From Geotalea uraniireducens Rf4 (lineage in GTDB: Bacteria > Desulfobacterota > Desulfuromonadia > Geobacterales > Geobacteraceae), in the NCBI RefSeq assembly GCF_000016745.1, contig NC_009483.1, positions 480,001-512,000 on the forward strand: 32,000 bases of DNA, read 5' to 3'. Under the pieces are notes generated by a model, which was given only the letters and a program-made list of their open reading frames with translations, made no database searches and was not told the origin of the DNA. Positions 16,447 through 24,399 of this stretch are shown here, piece by piece. Positions within the stretch are counted from its first letter, which is position 1. Each line of letters begins with the position of its first letter. Made by a program: the position numbers and the translations under genes.

Positions 16447-17769
16447 ATGAGACTCTCCGAGCATATCTACCGCACCATCTCATCCATCAGGGGACCGCTC
16501 CTGTTCGTGGAGCGGGTGTTCAACGCCAGGGCCGGCGAGATCGTGCGGATCGTTCATCCTGACGGGGAAACGGTGGACGGCGAAGTCCTGAAGATCGAAG
16601 GGGAGACTGTGCTGATCCAGGTTTTCGGCGAGACCCGCGGCCTCGGCATGGATGCGCCGGTGGCATTCACCGATGGGGTCAAAATGGCCCCACTTTCCCC
16701 GGACATGATCGGCCGGGTCTTCGACGGATCCTTCCATCCCATCGACGGCTCTCCCCTCTTTGTCCCGGAACGCTGGACGCCGGCGACCGGCCAGCCGATC
16801 AATCCGACGGCGCGTGCCAGGCCCGAGGAGTTCATCGAGACCGGGATTACTGCGATCGACGCGCTCAACACCCTGGTGAAAGGGCAGAAACTCCCGGTCT
16901 TTTCCTGCGCCGGGCTCCCATCCCGGGAGGTGGCGGCGGCTGTCCTGCAAAATGCCCGGCTGGCGGGTGGCGGGGAGTTCGTGGTGGTCTTCGTGGCCCT
17001 GGGGCTGACCCACCATGACTACTCCTTTTACATGGAGTCTCTGGCGGAGATGAAAACCGGCTTCGTCGCCTTTGTCAACCGGGCCGACGAGCCGGTGGTG
17101 GAACGGCTTCTGGCGCCCCGCTTCGGCCTTGCAGCTGCCGAGTTCCTGGCTTTCAACAGGGGGATGGACGTGCTCGTGCTGATCACCGACATGACCAATT
17201 ACTGCGATGCCCTGCGCGAAGTCTCCACGGCACGGGAGGAACTCCCCGGCAGGAGGGGGTATCCCGGCTACATGTATTCCGATCTGGCTTCCCTCTATGA
17301 GCGGGCCGGGCGGATCAAGGGTATGGCCGGTTCGGTCACCATGCTGCCGGTTGTGACCATGCCGGAGGATGATATCACCCACCCCATTCCCGACCTTACC
17401 GGCTATATCACCGAGGGGCAGATCGTCCTCTCCCGGGAACTGCACCAGAAGGGGGTATTCCCGCCGGTGGACGTGCTCCCGAGCCTCTCCAGGCTCATGC
17501 AGCGGGGGATCGGCGCCGGACACACCAGATCGGACCACCGCGCCATAGCCGATCGCCTTTACAGGCATTATGCGAAGGGGAGGGATCTGCGCCGCCTGGA
17601 GGCGATTGTCGGGAGGGAAGGGATGACGGCAGGCGACAGGGTCATGCTCGACTTTGCGGATGCCTTCGAGCGGGAACTCATCCACCAGGGGAGCGCGAGG
17701 CGGGACATTAACGGGAGTCTCGACCGGGGTGTAGAGCTCTTGAAGCGGTTTTCCCTGGAGGCCGCATGA
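16447..17769 (+). CDS. atpB: V/A-type ATPase subunit B
   Basis: MRLSEHIYRTISSIRGPLLFVE..., plus QVFGETRGLG, TGITAIDALNTLVKGQKLPVFS, PGRRGYPGYMYSDLASLYERAG, TMPEDDITHPIPDLTGYITEGQI. The ORF track starts at 16411; the ATG at 16447 fits B-subunit N-termini better. Confidence 0.95.
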   Translation: MRLSEHIYRTISSIRGPLLFVERVFNARAGEIVRIVHPDGETVDGEVLKIEGETVLIQVFGETRGLGMDAPVAFTDGVKMAPLSPDMIGRVFDGSFHPIDGSPLFVPERWTPATGQPINPTARARPEEFIETGITAIDALNTLVKGQKLPVFSCAGLPSREVAAAVLQNARLAGGGEFVVVFVALGLTHHDYSFYMESLAEMKTGFVAFVNRADEPVVERLLAPRFGLAAAEFLAFNRGMDVLVLITDMTNYCDALREVSTAREELPGRRGYPGYMYSDLASLYERAGRIKGMAGSVTMLPVVTMPEDDITHPIPDLTGYITEGQIVLSRELHQKGVFPPVDVLPSLSRLMQRGIGAGHTRSDHRAIADRLYRHYAKGRDLRRLEAIVGREGMTAGDRVMLDFADAFERELIHQGSARRDINGSLDRGVELLKRFSLEAA

Positions 17770-18389
17770 TCCATCCGACCCGGACAAATCTTCTGCTGCT
17801 CAAGGAGAAATCCCGCTCTGTGACCAACAGCGCGGCAATTCTCAAGGCGCGGCGCCAGGCGCTGATCCGGGAATTCCTTGCCGTTTCCATGCCGTTCCTC
17901 CGTTCGCGGGAAGAGGTCAAGACCCTTTATGGGAAAGCGCTTGCCGAGTTGCACTTGAGCCTCGGCCACGAGGGGGAAACCTTCCTCGGGTCCCTGCTGG
18001 CGGTAAGCGGTCGGGAACTGGGGGTGGAGATAGCGGAACGGAGCGTCATGGGGCTCAGGTACCGGGATGTGGCGATGCTGGAATCACCGGTCAGGTCTCC
18101 CGCGGAGAGGGGATACGATTACCGGACCACCACCCCCCACCTGGAGGAGGCCATCTACCTGTTCGAGAGCATCGTCGCGGCGATGCTGGAGATCGCGGCC
18201 TTCGAGAGCCGCCTGAAAAGGCTCGGCGACGAGATCGTCCGCGTCACGAGGCGGGTCAGGGTGCTGGAGGAGCGGGTCCTTCCCCAGCTGTCACGGGGGA
18301 TCAGGTCCATTGCCCAGTATATTGGCGAACGGGAGCGGGAGGCTTATTACCGTTTGAAGCGATACAAGGAAAAGCAGGGGACGGGGTGA
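17766..18389 (+). CDS. atpD: V/A-type ATPase central-stalk subunit D
   Basis: 207 aa. PTRTNLLLLKEKSRSVTNSAAILKARRQALIREF and the C-terminal ...RVRVLEERVLPQL...YIGEREREAYYRLKRYK pattern. ATGA overlap with atpB. Confidence 0.9.
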   Translation: MIHPTRTNLLLLKEKSRSVTNSAAILKARRQALIREFLAVSMPFLRSREEVKTLYGKALAELHLSLGHEGETFLGSLLAVSGRELGVEIAERSVMGLRYRDVAMLESPVRSPAERGYDYRTTTPHLEEAIYLFESIVAAMLEIAAFESRLKRLGDEIVRVTRRVRVLEERVLPQLSRGIRSIAQYIGEREREAYYRLKRYKEKQGTG

Positions 18390-18546
18390 AGGACAAACAT
18401 TCCACGGCAATGGAAACCGTGTGACATTGAGGCGGTTGACCGAAAAAAATGAAATCGAACTGTTCCACATGCCGTGGCAGGCGGTGCTCGCTGTCCTTGC
18501 GGTAGGGTGGGCGGCCGCATGGAAAAGATGATGCTGCATAATTTTT

Positions 18547-18584
18547 TGATGGCATTAATGATGGCATAAATGATATAAATGATG
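18547..18584 (+). repeat. Short tandem repeats TGATGGCATTAA / TGATGGCATAAA / TGATATAAA upstream of fic
   Basis: Read directly in an AT-rich spacer. The core GGCATTAA recurs in the palindrome GGCATTAATGCC at 18642-18653, which overlaps the fic start. Confidence 0.6.
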
Positions 18585-18648
18585 CGTAGCTGTAGATTAT
18601 TTAAACCTAAAAAAACAAAATGTTACATAACAATATAGGGTGGCATTA

Positions 18649-19902
18649 ATGCCGGAATCAGAAGCGCGAAAACTTGGGCTATACACAAAAATCAGTGAAA
18701 TGGAGCCGATGATGGTAGAGGATGGCGAGTCGGAGGACCTGGCAGCGCAGATCCTTGCCAAGTCGGCTGCCCTCGGCGCACGGCTGCCGGAAGCCACACA
18801 GATTTCCATGCGGGAACTGTTACGGATCATCAACAGTTATTACAGTAACATGATCGAAGGCAACTCCACGCATCCTATCGACATTGAGCGTGCGACTCGA
18901 AAGGATTACTCATCGGATCCAGCAAAACGTAACAGGCAAATCGAAAGTGTCGCGCATATCGACTGCCAGCGCCAGATCGAGGAGCGGCTGGCTCGTGAGC
19001 CGGATGTTGCGATAACTTCGCCGGATTTTTTGTGCTGGGTTCACAAGATTTTTTACGACCAGCTTCCGGACGAGCTCCGGTGGGTCAGGAATGAGGAAAC
19101 GGGCAAAAAACTGGAAGTAGTGGGAGGTGAAATCCGGACGGCAGACGTACGCGTCGGCACCCATGTAGGCCCGGCCAGTTTTTGCCTGCAGGCGTTTCTT
19201 GATAGATTCCATCAAAGGTACGGTACGCAGTCGCACGGCGTTCACCCTATTATCACCGTGGCTGCATCGCATCACCGGCTGATGTGGATACACCCGTTTA
19301 TGGATGGCAACGGCCGCGTCGCCCGGCTCTATACTGATGCCGCATTTCGCCGGATATTGCCGGGGTACGGAATTTGGAATGTAAGTCGCGGTCTCGCTCG
19401 TAACCGCGACAGCTATTACAATGCATTGTCTCACGCGGATGCACCGCGCAAGGGAGATCTGGACGGCAGGGGCAATCTTTCCCGCAAAGGACTTGAGAAG
19501 TTCTGTCGAGTCTTCCTTGAAGTCTGTGTCGATCAGATTGAGTATATGGACAGCGTTTTAAAGCTCGACGGTCTGCTGGAGCGGATCAAGGGATATGTAA
19601 CGTTGCGGACACTGAATATTGCGCTGCCTCCGTCAGGAATAGCATCGGCAAGCAAAATGCGGCCGGAAGCCGCTCGCTTGCTGCAAGAGGCTTTGCTTCG
19701 CGGAGAAGTTCCGCGCGGCGAAGTCGGTCGGATTACGGGACTGGGCGATCGCGTTGCACGCGGTCTGGTTTCAGCGCTGTTGCAGGAAAAGCTATTAGTC
19801 TCGCCAATGCCGCAGGGTGGGCTTCGCCTCGGCTTCCCTATTCACGCCGTCGAATATTATTTCCCAAGCCTCTATCCCCCTACAAGCGGTGGCCCCGCCT
19901 GA
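18649..19902 (+). CDS. fic: Fic-family protein (class II, N-terminal inhibitory motif, C-terminal winged-helix-like domain)
   Basis: Fic motif HPFMDGNGRVAR. N-terminal (S/T)xxxE(G/N) inhibitory motif in YYSNMIEGNS. The ORF track starts at the GTG at 18640; the ATG at 18649 follows an AGGGTGG SD-like sequence. Confidence 0.9.
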   Translation: MPESEARKLGLYTKISEMEPMMVEDGESEDLAAQILAKSAALGARLPEATQISMRELLRIINSYYSNMIEGNSTHPIDIERATRKDYSSDPAKRNRQIESVAHIDCQRQIEERLAREPDVAITSPDFLCWVHKIFYDQLPDELRWVRNEETGKKLEVVGGEIRTADVRVGTHVGPASFCLQAFLDRFHQRYGTQSHGVHPIITVAASHHRLMWIHPFMDGNGRVARLYTDAAFRRILPGYGIWNVSRGLARNRDSYYNALSHADAPRKGDLDGRGNLSRKGLEKFCRVFLEVCVDQIEYMDSVLKLDGLLERIKGYVTLRTLNIALPPSGIASASKMRPEAARLLQEALLRGEVPRGEVGRITGLGDRVARGLVSALLQEKLLVSPMPQGGLRLGFPIHAVEYYFPSLYPPTSGGPA

Positions 19903-20060
19903 CATCATCTGTGAAAAGGGCGCTGTGCGGAGTGTTGAGAGAACTGAGGGTACCCCGAGATCAGGTCCGGTTATATATGTGCAATTCCTTCGGCTGGTCC
20001 GCATAATTCATTGTTCTCAAGTCATTGCGTATTTATCTTCCCATGATATCCTGTTCCCAT

Positions 20061-20909
20061 ATGGCGGACAGCAATCTGGCAAAAAAGGCAGCAGGGGCTA
20101 CATCACCGGAATTGACCGATAAGGTGATTTTCTATTTTGTCGATCACGGGATGCAGATCCTCACCGCTATTGTCCTGATGGGCATAGGTGTGGTTATCGC
20201 CCGCTGGGCCGGCAATCTCATACATCGCTGGCTGAAGGCAAAGGCCTATGACGAGCCGGTCAGCAATCTCATTGTCAAGGCTGTTAAACTCCTGGTCATA
20301 GGATTCATAGGGGTCATGGCGCTTGGCCAGATGGGGGTGCAGATCACGCCGCTCATAGCCGGGATCGGCGTGGCCGGAGTCGGCGCAAGCCTTGCCATGC
20401 AGGGACTCCTCGGCAACCTTGTCGCCGGGTTGACGATCATATTTTCAAAACCATTCACTATCGGCGAATATATTGAAATTGTCGGGGCATACGGTCAGGT
20501 AACGGATATCGCCTTATTTTCTACCACTATGCTGCATACTGACAATTCCCGTGTTATTGTCCCGAACAGGAAGTTTGTGGGTGAGATACTCCACAACTAC
20601 GGCAATATCCGCCAGCTTGATCTGACCGCCGGGGTAGCATACAGTGTGGACCTCACCATGGCATTCTCAATAGTGAATGATATCCTGCAGCAAAACCCCA
20701 GCGTTTTAAAGGAGCCTGCTCCTCTCGTCGGTATAGCTGCCCTGAATGAATCATCTATCGCCTTGGCGATCAAGCCATGGGTGAAGGTCGAAGATTTTGT
20801 TCCTGCGCAGGCTGCAATCTACCAGGCCATAATAGAAATTTTCCGGGACAAGAAGATCGAGATCCCGGCTCCCCGTCGGGACATTCACCTTCTGAATCTG
20901 TTGCCCTGA
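20061..20909 (+). CDS. mscS: Small-conductance mechanosensitive channel (MscS family)
   Basis: TM3/beta-domain signature ...ITPLIAGIGVAGVGASLAMQGLLGNLVAGLTIIFSKPFTIGEYIEI...GQVTDIALFSTTMLHTDNSRVIVPN. The start is uncertain (20025/20043/20061). Confidence 0.9.
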   Translation: MADSNLAKKAAGATSPELTDKVIFYFVDHGMQILTAIVLMGIGVVIARWAGNLIHRWLKAKAYDEPVSNLIVKAVKLLVIGFIGVMALGQMGVQITPLIAGIGVAGVGASLAMQGLLGNLVAGLTIIFSKPFTIGEYIEIVGAYGQVTDIALFSTTMLHTDNSRVIVPNRKFVGEILHNYGNIRQLDLTAGVAYSVDLTMAFSIVNDILQQNPSVLKEPAPLVGIAALNESSIALAIKPWVKVEDFVPAQAAIYQAIIEIFRDKKIEIPAPRRDIHLLNLLP

Positions 20910-21003
20910 TCCCATAGAACTTATCAAGATATTCTCTGCCAACCATCGGCAGGACCGGCTTGCGCGGACGTCAGAAGTGCGTTGATCGCAGAAAAGATGC
21001 AAT

Positions 21004-21507
21004 TCACTTAAGAAAAGTTGCCTCTACAAAATCAGCCACGCCATATATATCATTCAAATCAAGAATCGGGACATCCAAGTTGAGAGCCTCGTCGCTTGCT
21101 ACAGCAACAAGCATGGGATCATGGTGTTCACCGCGGCAAAGAAGGGTCGGACTTCGCTCTTGTCTGTGGACTTCAATTTTAGGAAGAGAGCTCATTTTGA
21201 AGCCTTCGGTCAGGACTATGTCCACATCCGAAAAGTAGGTGGCAACCAGTTCTTCAAGAGGAGGTGTCGCCTCATGCTTTTTTATGAGAGCAAGCTTTTC
21301 AGGAGAAGTGATCAGCATGGTGTCTGCCCCAGCTACTGTGAGCCGGTGAGAATCTTTGCCGGGATGATCGATGTCGAACCGATGCGCATCATGCTTAATA
21401 GCCCCAACCTTATACCCGCGATTTTTCAGCTCCCTTATAACTTGCTCCAACAGCGTTGTTTTCCCTGTATTCGATTTTGCGACAAATGCGACTACCTTAA
21501 CGGGCAT
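21004..21507 (-). CDS. mobB: Molybdopterin-guanine dinucleotide biosynthesis adaptor protein MobB
   Basis: From the ATG at 21507: MPVKVVAFVAKSNTGKTTLLEQVIRELKNRGYKVGAIKHDAHRFDIDHPGKDSHR...AGA. P-loop and KHxxH/GKDS motifs typical of MobB. Confidence 0.88.
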   Translation of the reverse strand: MPVKVVAFVAKSNTGKTTLLEQVIRELKNRGYKVGAIKHDAHRFDIDHPGKDSHRLTVAGADTMLITSPEKLALIKKHEATPPLEELVATYFSDVDIVLTEGFKMSSLPKIEVHRQERSPTLLCRGEHHDPMLVAVASDEALNLDVPILDLNDIYGVADFVEATFLK

Positions 21508-21583
21508 AATTACCTCTCCATGAAACTTGCGTTTCACTCTGTTTTTGAATTTTTGATGTGATGTTCTGCTGATCAATGCTCGT

Positions 21584-21613
21584 ATGATACCGTCATTTAC
21601 CCCTTCACGTCAA
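21584..21613 (-). promoter_or_regulatory. Putative sigma70-type promoter for mobB (TTGACG-18-TATCAT)
   Basis: Minus-strand reading: ttgacg tgaaggggtaaatgacgg tatcat, about 75 nt upstream of the mobB ATG. Confidence 0.3.
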
Positions 21614-21791
21614 ACGTAACTCATCGGCGGAAATATGCCGGTATTGTCGGCGCCAGGCTGCAACGCATTGTACGGCTTGCTTCGGTCAGTCGCAAACATG
21701 CACTTGTTAATTCCTCGACACGTGTTAACATTTTTTTGAGGCAGGGAAAAACCGGCCGATATACCATTATCCGTCAATGGAGGGGAAAAAG

Positions 21792-21986
21792 ATGGCAAAA
21801 GTACCATGGGTCAATCAGGAAGAGTGTATAAGCTGCGGTCTTTGCGTCTCCGACTGTCCGGGCGTGTTCCGTTTCAACGATGAAGGGAAAGCGGAATGCT
21901 ACGATCCGAACGGCGCTACTGAGGAGGAAATTCAGCAGGGAGCTATCGACGTCTGCCCGGTATCATGCATCCATTGGATGGAATGA
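21792..21986 (+). CDS. fdx: Small single-cluster ferredoxin
   Basis: 64 aa from the ATG at 21792. CISCGLCVSDCP plus a distal CPVSCI, typical of a mono-cluster [4Fe-4S]/[3Fe-4S] ferredoxin. Confidence 0.85.
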   Translation: MAKVPWVNQEECISCGLCVSDCPGVFRFNDEGKAECYDPNGATEEEIQQGAIDVCPVSCIHWME

Positions 21987-22041
21987 CGGTTCTGTCTGCA
22001 ATCATTAAAGCCGGAACGCGAGCATGAAGGAGATGACGGCT

Positions 22042-22209
22042 ATGGAAACTGCCAGGATAAATGAAGTGTTGGCGCAACAGATAACGATAGTCCGGGAATT
22101 TGCCGGGAAATTGGAGCCGAAGGATCTGACGTTGCTGAAAACTAATCTCGGGGAGCTGGAGACGGCCGTGAAGGCGCTGAGGGACCTTGTCGAGGCGCTT
22201 CCCCGGTAA
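22042..22209 (+). CDS. Hypothetical small coiled-coil protein
   Basis: The ATG at 22042 is preceded by an AAGGAG SD (9 nt). 55 aa, helical (METARINEVLAQQITIVREFAGKLEPKDLTLLKTNLGELETAVKALRDLVEALPR). Lies between fdx and the rubrerythrin-like gene. No recognisable domain. Confidence 0.4.
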   Translation: METARINEVLAQQITIVREFAGKLEPKDLTLLKTNLGELETAVKALRDLVEALPR

Positions 22210-22224
22210 AAAACGGAGGGCATC

Positions 22225-22710
22225 ATGAATGTTTTCGATTTTGCATTGAAGATGGAAGAGGATGGCAAGGCATACTACGAAAAGCTGGCAGCGGCGACTT
22301 CCGTTGCGGAGTTGAAAAACATCTTCACCCTGCTCGCGGAGTCGGAACAGGACCATCATGACCAGCTGCTCGCCATGAAGAACAGCCTACCGGCGGAAAT
22401 GGCGGAGTCAAGGGCTCTCGATTCGGTGAAGAACGTCTTCGAGGGGTTGCTGAAGAGAAAGAACCTCCTGGCGGACCTGAAAAAGGACCAGGACGGTTAT
22501 GAGCATGTGGTGAAAGAGGAGGAACAGAGCATCAAGCTCTACGAGGAGCTTGCGGCGAAAGAGGGAAACGAAGCGGTGCGGGGCCTCCTGCTGAGACTGG
22601 CCGAAGAAGAGAAAAGGCATCTCTCGATCATGGAGAACATCTATGAATTTGTCGAGAGGCCGAGCACCTATCTCGCCTGGGGGGAATTCAGCAACCTGAA
22701 GGAGTTCTAG
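22225..22710 (+). CDS. Ferritin-like/rubrerythrin diiron-domain protein (no rubredoxin domain)
   Basis: 161 aa. Two ExxH-type motifs (LAESEQDHH, LAEEEKRHL) and additional Glu ligand candidates (KMEEDGKAYY, VKEEEQSIKLYE). Confidence 0.8.
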   Translation: MNVFDFALKMEEDGKAYYEKLAAATSVAELKNIFTLLAESEQDHHDQLLAMKNSLPAEMAESRALDSVKNVFEGLLKRKNLLADLKKDQDGYEHVVKEEEQSIKLYEELAAKEGNEAVRGLLLRLAEEEKRHLSIMENIYEFVERPSTYLAWGEFSNLKEF

Positions 22711-22717
22711 CCCTCCC

Positions 22718-22921
22718 ATGCCCATTTTGAACGAATGTCGTCTTTATCAGCAAATAGGCGAGGCGAGCAGCGATGCCTTTGTCTATGCCGACCGCGAGGG
22801 GAACATCGGGCTCTGGAATGCCGGAGCAACGGCAATGTTCGGCTATTCTGCCGCGGAAGCGTTGGGGCAGTCCCTCGACATCATCATCCCGGAGAATCTC
22901 CGTGCACGGGACTATTTTTAG
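22718..22921 (+). pseudogene. Truncated PAS-domain fragment
   Basis: The 67 aa contain only the N-terminal half of a PAS fold (...SSDAFVYADREGNIGLWNAGATAMFGYSAAEALGQSLDIIIPENLRAR). It ends in a 3 nt tail-to-tail stop-codon overlap with ytfE (TTAG at 22918-22921). Confidence 0.5.
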
Positions 22922-23628
22922 AGCTCTGCCGCCTTCGGGAAGAGGATGTTGTTCTCCAGGTGGACATGCTTGTGGAGGTCATCCTCGAACTCCTTGAGCT
23001 TCTGGTACGTGACCACGAAGGTATTGCAGACATCGCCGGGGATCGCATACCCCTTCGCAAGATGGCGGATCGTATGGACCGCGTCGCCGATCTCGTCGTG
23101 CTCCTGATTGAGCTTTCCGAGACATGCCTTGAGCGCTTCCACATCCCTCTCCTCCGGGGCGGTGCCGGCCTTTCTGGCCGCATCGATCCGTTTGATGGCC
23201 GGAAAGAGCACCTCCTCCTCTTCGCGGAGATGGGCTGCCATATCGGATGCTATCTTGTCGAAGATTCCGGCAATCTCAATCACCTCGGGATGATGAGCGC
23301 CGTGGACCTCGGCTATCTTATGGACGTAGACGGCGATTTGCCCGGTATTCTCATTGAGATAGCCATGGTGGGTATTGACGATGTAGTCGGCGAGGAACGA
23401 AGGTTCCCATGCCGCGTAGTTCTGGCTCCGCTCGTGCGGCTCGCTCTTGGCGGCCTCTATCTCCAGCATGATCGTGGCAAGGTCGATCCCCTTTCCTTTG
23501 CATATTGCAGAGAGAGGAAACTTTCCACCGCAGCAGAAGTCGATGCCGTATTTCTCGAAGACCTTGGCGGTCCGGAAATCTCCGGCGACAATCTCGCCGA
23601 CGGTTTGAAGTGTTGTTGACTCTTTCAT
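22918..23628 (-). CDS. ytfE: Iron-sulfur cluster repair di-iron protein (YtfE/RIC/ScdA, hemerythrin-like)
   Basis: 236 aa. N-terminal ScdA_N-type KVFEKYGIDFCCGG. Hemerythrin-like His/Glu motifs (NTHHGYL, HGAHHPE, EEEVLFP, NQEHDEIG, HLENNILFP). Confidence 0.92.
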   Translation of the reverse strand: MKESTTLQTVGEIVAGDFRTAKVFEKYGIDFCCGGKFPLSAICKGKGIDLATIMLEIEAAKSEPHERSQNYAAWEPSFLADYIVNTHHGYLNENTGQIAVYVHKIAEVHGAHHPEVIEIAGIFDKIASDMAAHLREEEEVLFPAIKRIDAARKAGTAPEERDVEALKACLGKLNQEHDEIGDAVHTIRHLAKGYAIPGDVCNTFVVTYQKLKEFEDDLHKHVHLENNILFPKAAEL

Positions 23629-23707
23629 AGGTCCTCCTTTGGCTGTGGTTGAACATCGGGTACCGGCATCCCTGACCGGCCCTCTTGCAGGCTCTCCTCC
23701 GGCAACA

Positions 23708-23803
23708 TCACTCTCTTTCGGAATTTCTCCCCTTGGGCATCATGGCGACAACGATGATAAGAAGCCAGATCCCTCCCATTGCTGCGACAAATAATTCCGA
23801 CAT
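23708..23803 (-). CDS. Candidate 31-aa small membrane protein upstream of ytfE
   Basis: Not in the ORF track (too short). GAGGAGG SD 5 nt upstream of the ATG. MSELFVAAMGGIWLLIIVVAMMPKGRNSERE has one hydrophobic helix and a basic tail. Confidence 0.4.
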   Translation of the reverse strand: MSELFVAAMGGIWLLIIVVAMMPKGRNSERE

Positions 23804-23924
23804 GAATCCTCCTCTATCTTTGCACGATTCCGCATGAATCGCTCTGTTATGTCCAGCATAGCCGTGCCGGGGAAAATAACCTTGATGTAGGTCAAATTCT
23901 CGCGGTAGAGGTAAATGTGTACTC

Positions 23925-24093
23925 CTAGGAGCCTGTCGGACTTAGGACTGAATCTACTGCGAGAATGGCAAATCGGTCCATATCTCCGTAAGTTTTCGAC
24001 GAATAGGTCCACTATTAGCTCTCAAATTTCCGGAAATCTGTCCTCGATTTTCCATTCTCTCGCTACGATTCCCTAAGTCCGACAGGCTCCTAG
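23925..24093. mobile_element. MITE-like 169 bp element with 22 bp perfect terminal inverted repeats (CTAGGAGCCTGTCGGACTTAGG), arms extendable to ~55 nt imperfect
   Basis: 23925-23946 is the exact reverse complement of 24072-24093. The inner arms (gaatc..gcgagaatgg.aaatcg) are also complementary. No coding capacity. Confidence 0.7.
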
Positions 24094-24094
24094 T

Positions 24095-24236
24095 CAGTAG
24101 TGTCCGTAGAGAATTGCACTGACTCACCAAACCGTAAAAAACCAGCACGTTGCACCCTCCCCCAGCCCCTCCCATCAAGGGAGGGGAGCTTTAAAGTCCC
24201 CTCGCCCCTTGCGGGAGGGCTAGGGTGAGGGGGGAA
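24095..24236 (+). repeat. About 145 bp G/C-tract palindromic repeat, copy 2
   Basis: Aligns with 16240-16384. G-tract run GGGAGGGCTAGGGTGAGGGGGG at 24213-24234. Abuts the MITE-like element. Confidence 0.9.
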
Positions 24237-24307
24237 GTGTAGTTGTTAAAACTTAACCGAACAACGCAGACTCCTGGTAAATTATATCGTGCTTTTTCTG
24301 AACCGAT

Positions 24308-24338
24308 TTGACACATGTCAAAACAACCGGGCTAGAAT
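24308..24338 (+). promoter_or_regulatory. TTGAC-N4-GTCAA palindrome (CRP/FNR-family-like box) with downstream TAGAAT hexamer
   Basis: ttgacacatgtcaa at 24308-24321 and tagaat at 24333-24338, about 60 nt upstream of the radical SAM start. Confidence 0.3.
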
Positions 24339-24399
24339 GCTGGTAATGTAACGCTACAGGGCGACCTGATTATGTTTAGCACACTGTTGAGGAGTTACC

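Noticed and set aside
16480-17787. 435-aa ORF on the minus strand
   Set aside because: It is antisense to atpB, and its product is Gly/Pro/Arg/His-rich with no domain signature.
18510-18547. Possible Rho-independent terminator after atpD (..gcat..atgctgcataatttttt)
   Set aside because: The stem is at most 4-5 bp and AT-containing, which is not convincing enough to annotate.
18534-20008. Direct repeats CTGCATAATT (18534-18543) and CCGCATAATT (19999-20008) flanking the Fic islet as target-site duplications
   Set aside because: Only 8 contiguous identical bases are shared. A match of this length between two ~150-nt AT-rich flanks is expected by chance at an appreciable rate.
21508-21776. Moco riboswitch or NsrR box in the mobB/fdx divergent region
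   Set aside because: The mobB leader shows none of the conserved Moco-riboswitch segments that I can recognise. AACATGCACTT resembles one NsrR half-site, but no inverted partner follows.
22735-23619. 294-aa ORF fully open antisense to ytfE
   Set aside because: ytfE on the minus strand has complete ScdA_N and hemerythrin-like motifs. The antisense product has none. It is noted only as a curiosity.
23740-24012. 90-aa minus-strand ORF
   Set aside because: It spans the MITE-like palindrome and non-coding spacer. It has no SD and no recognisable fold, and it overlaps the better-supported 31-codon ORF in another frame.
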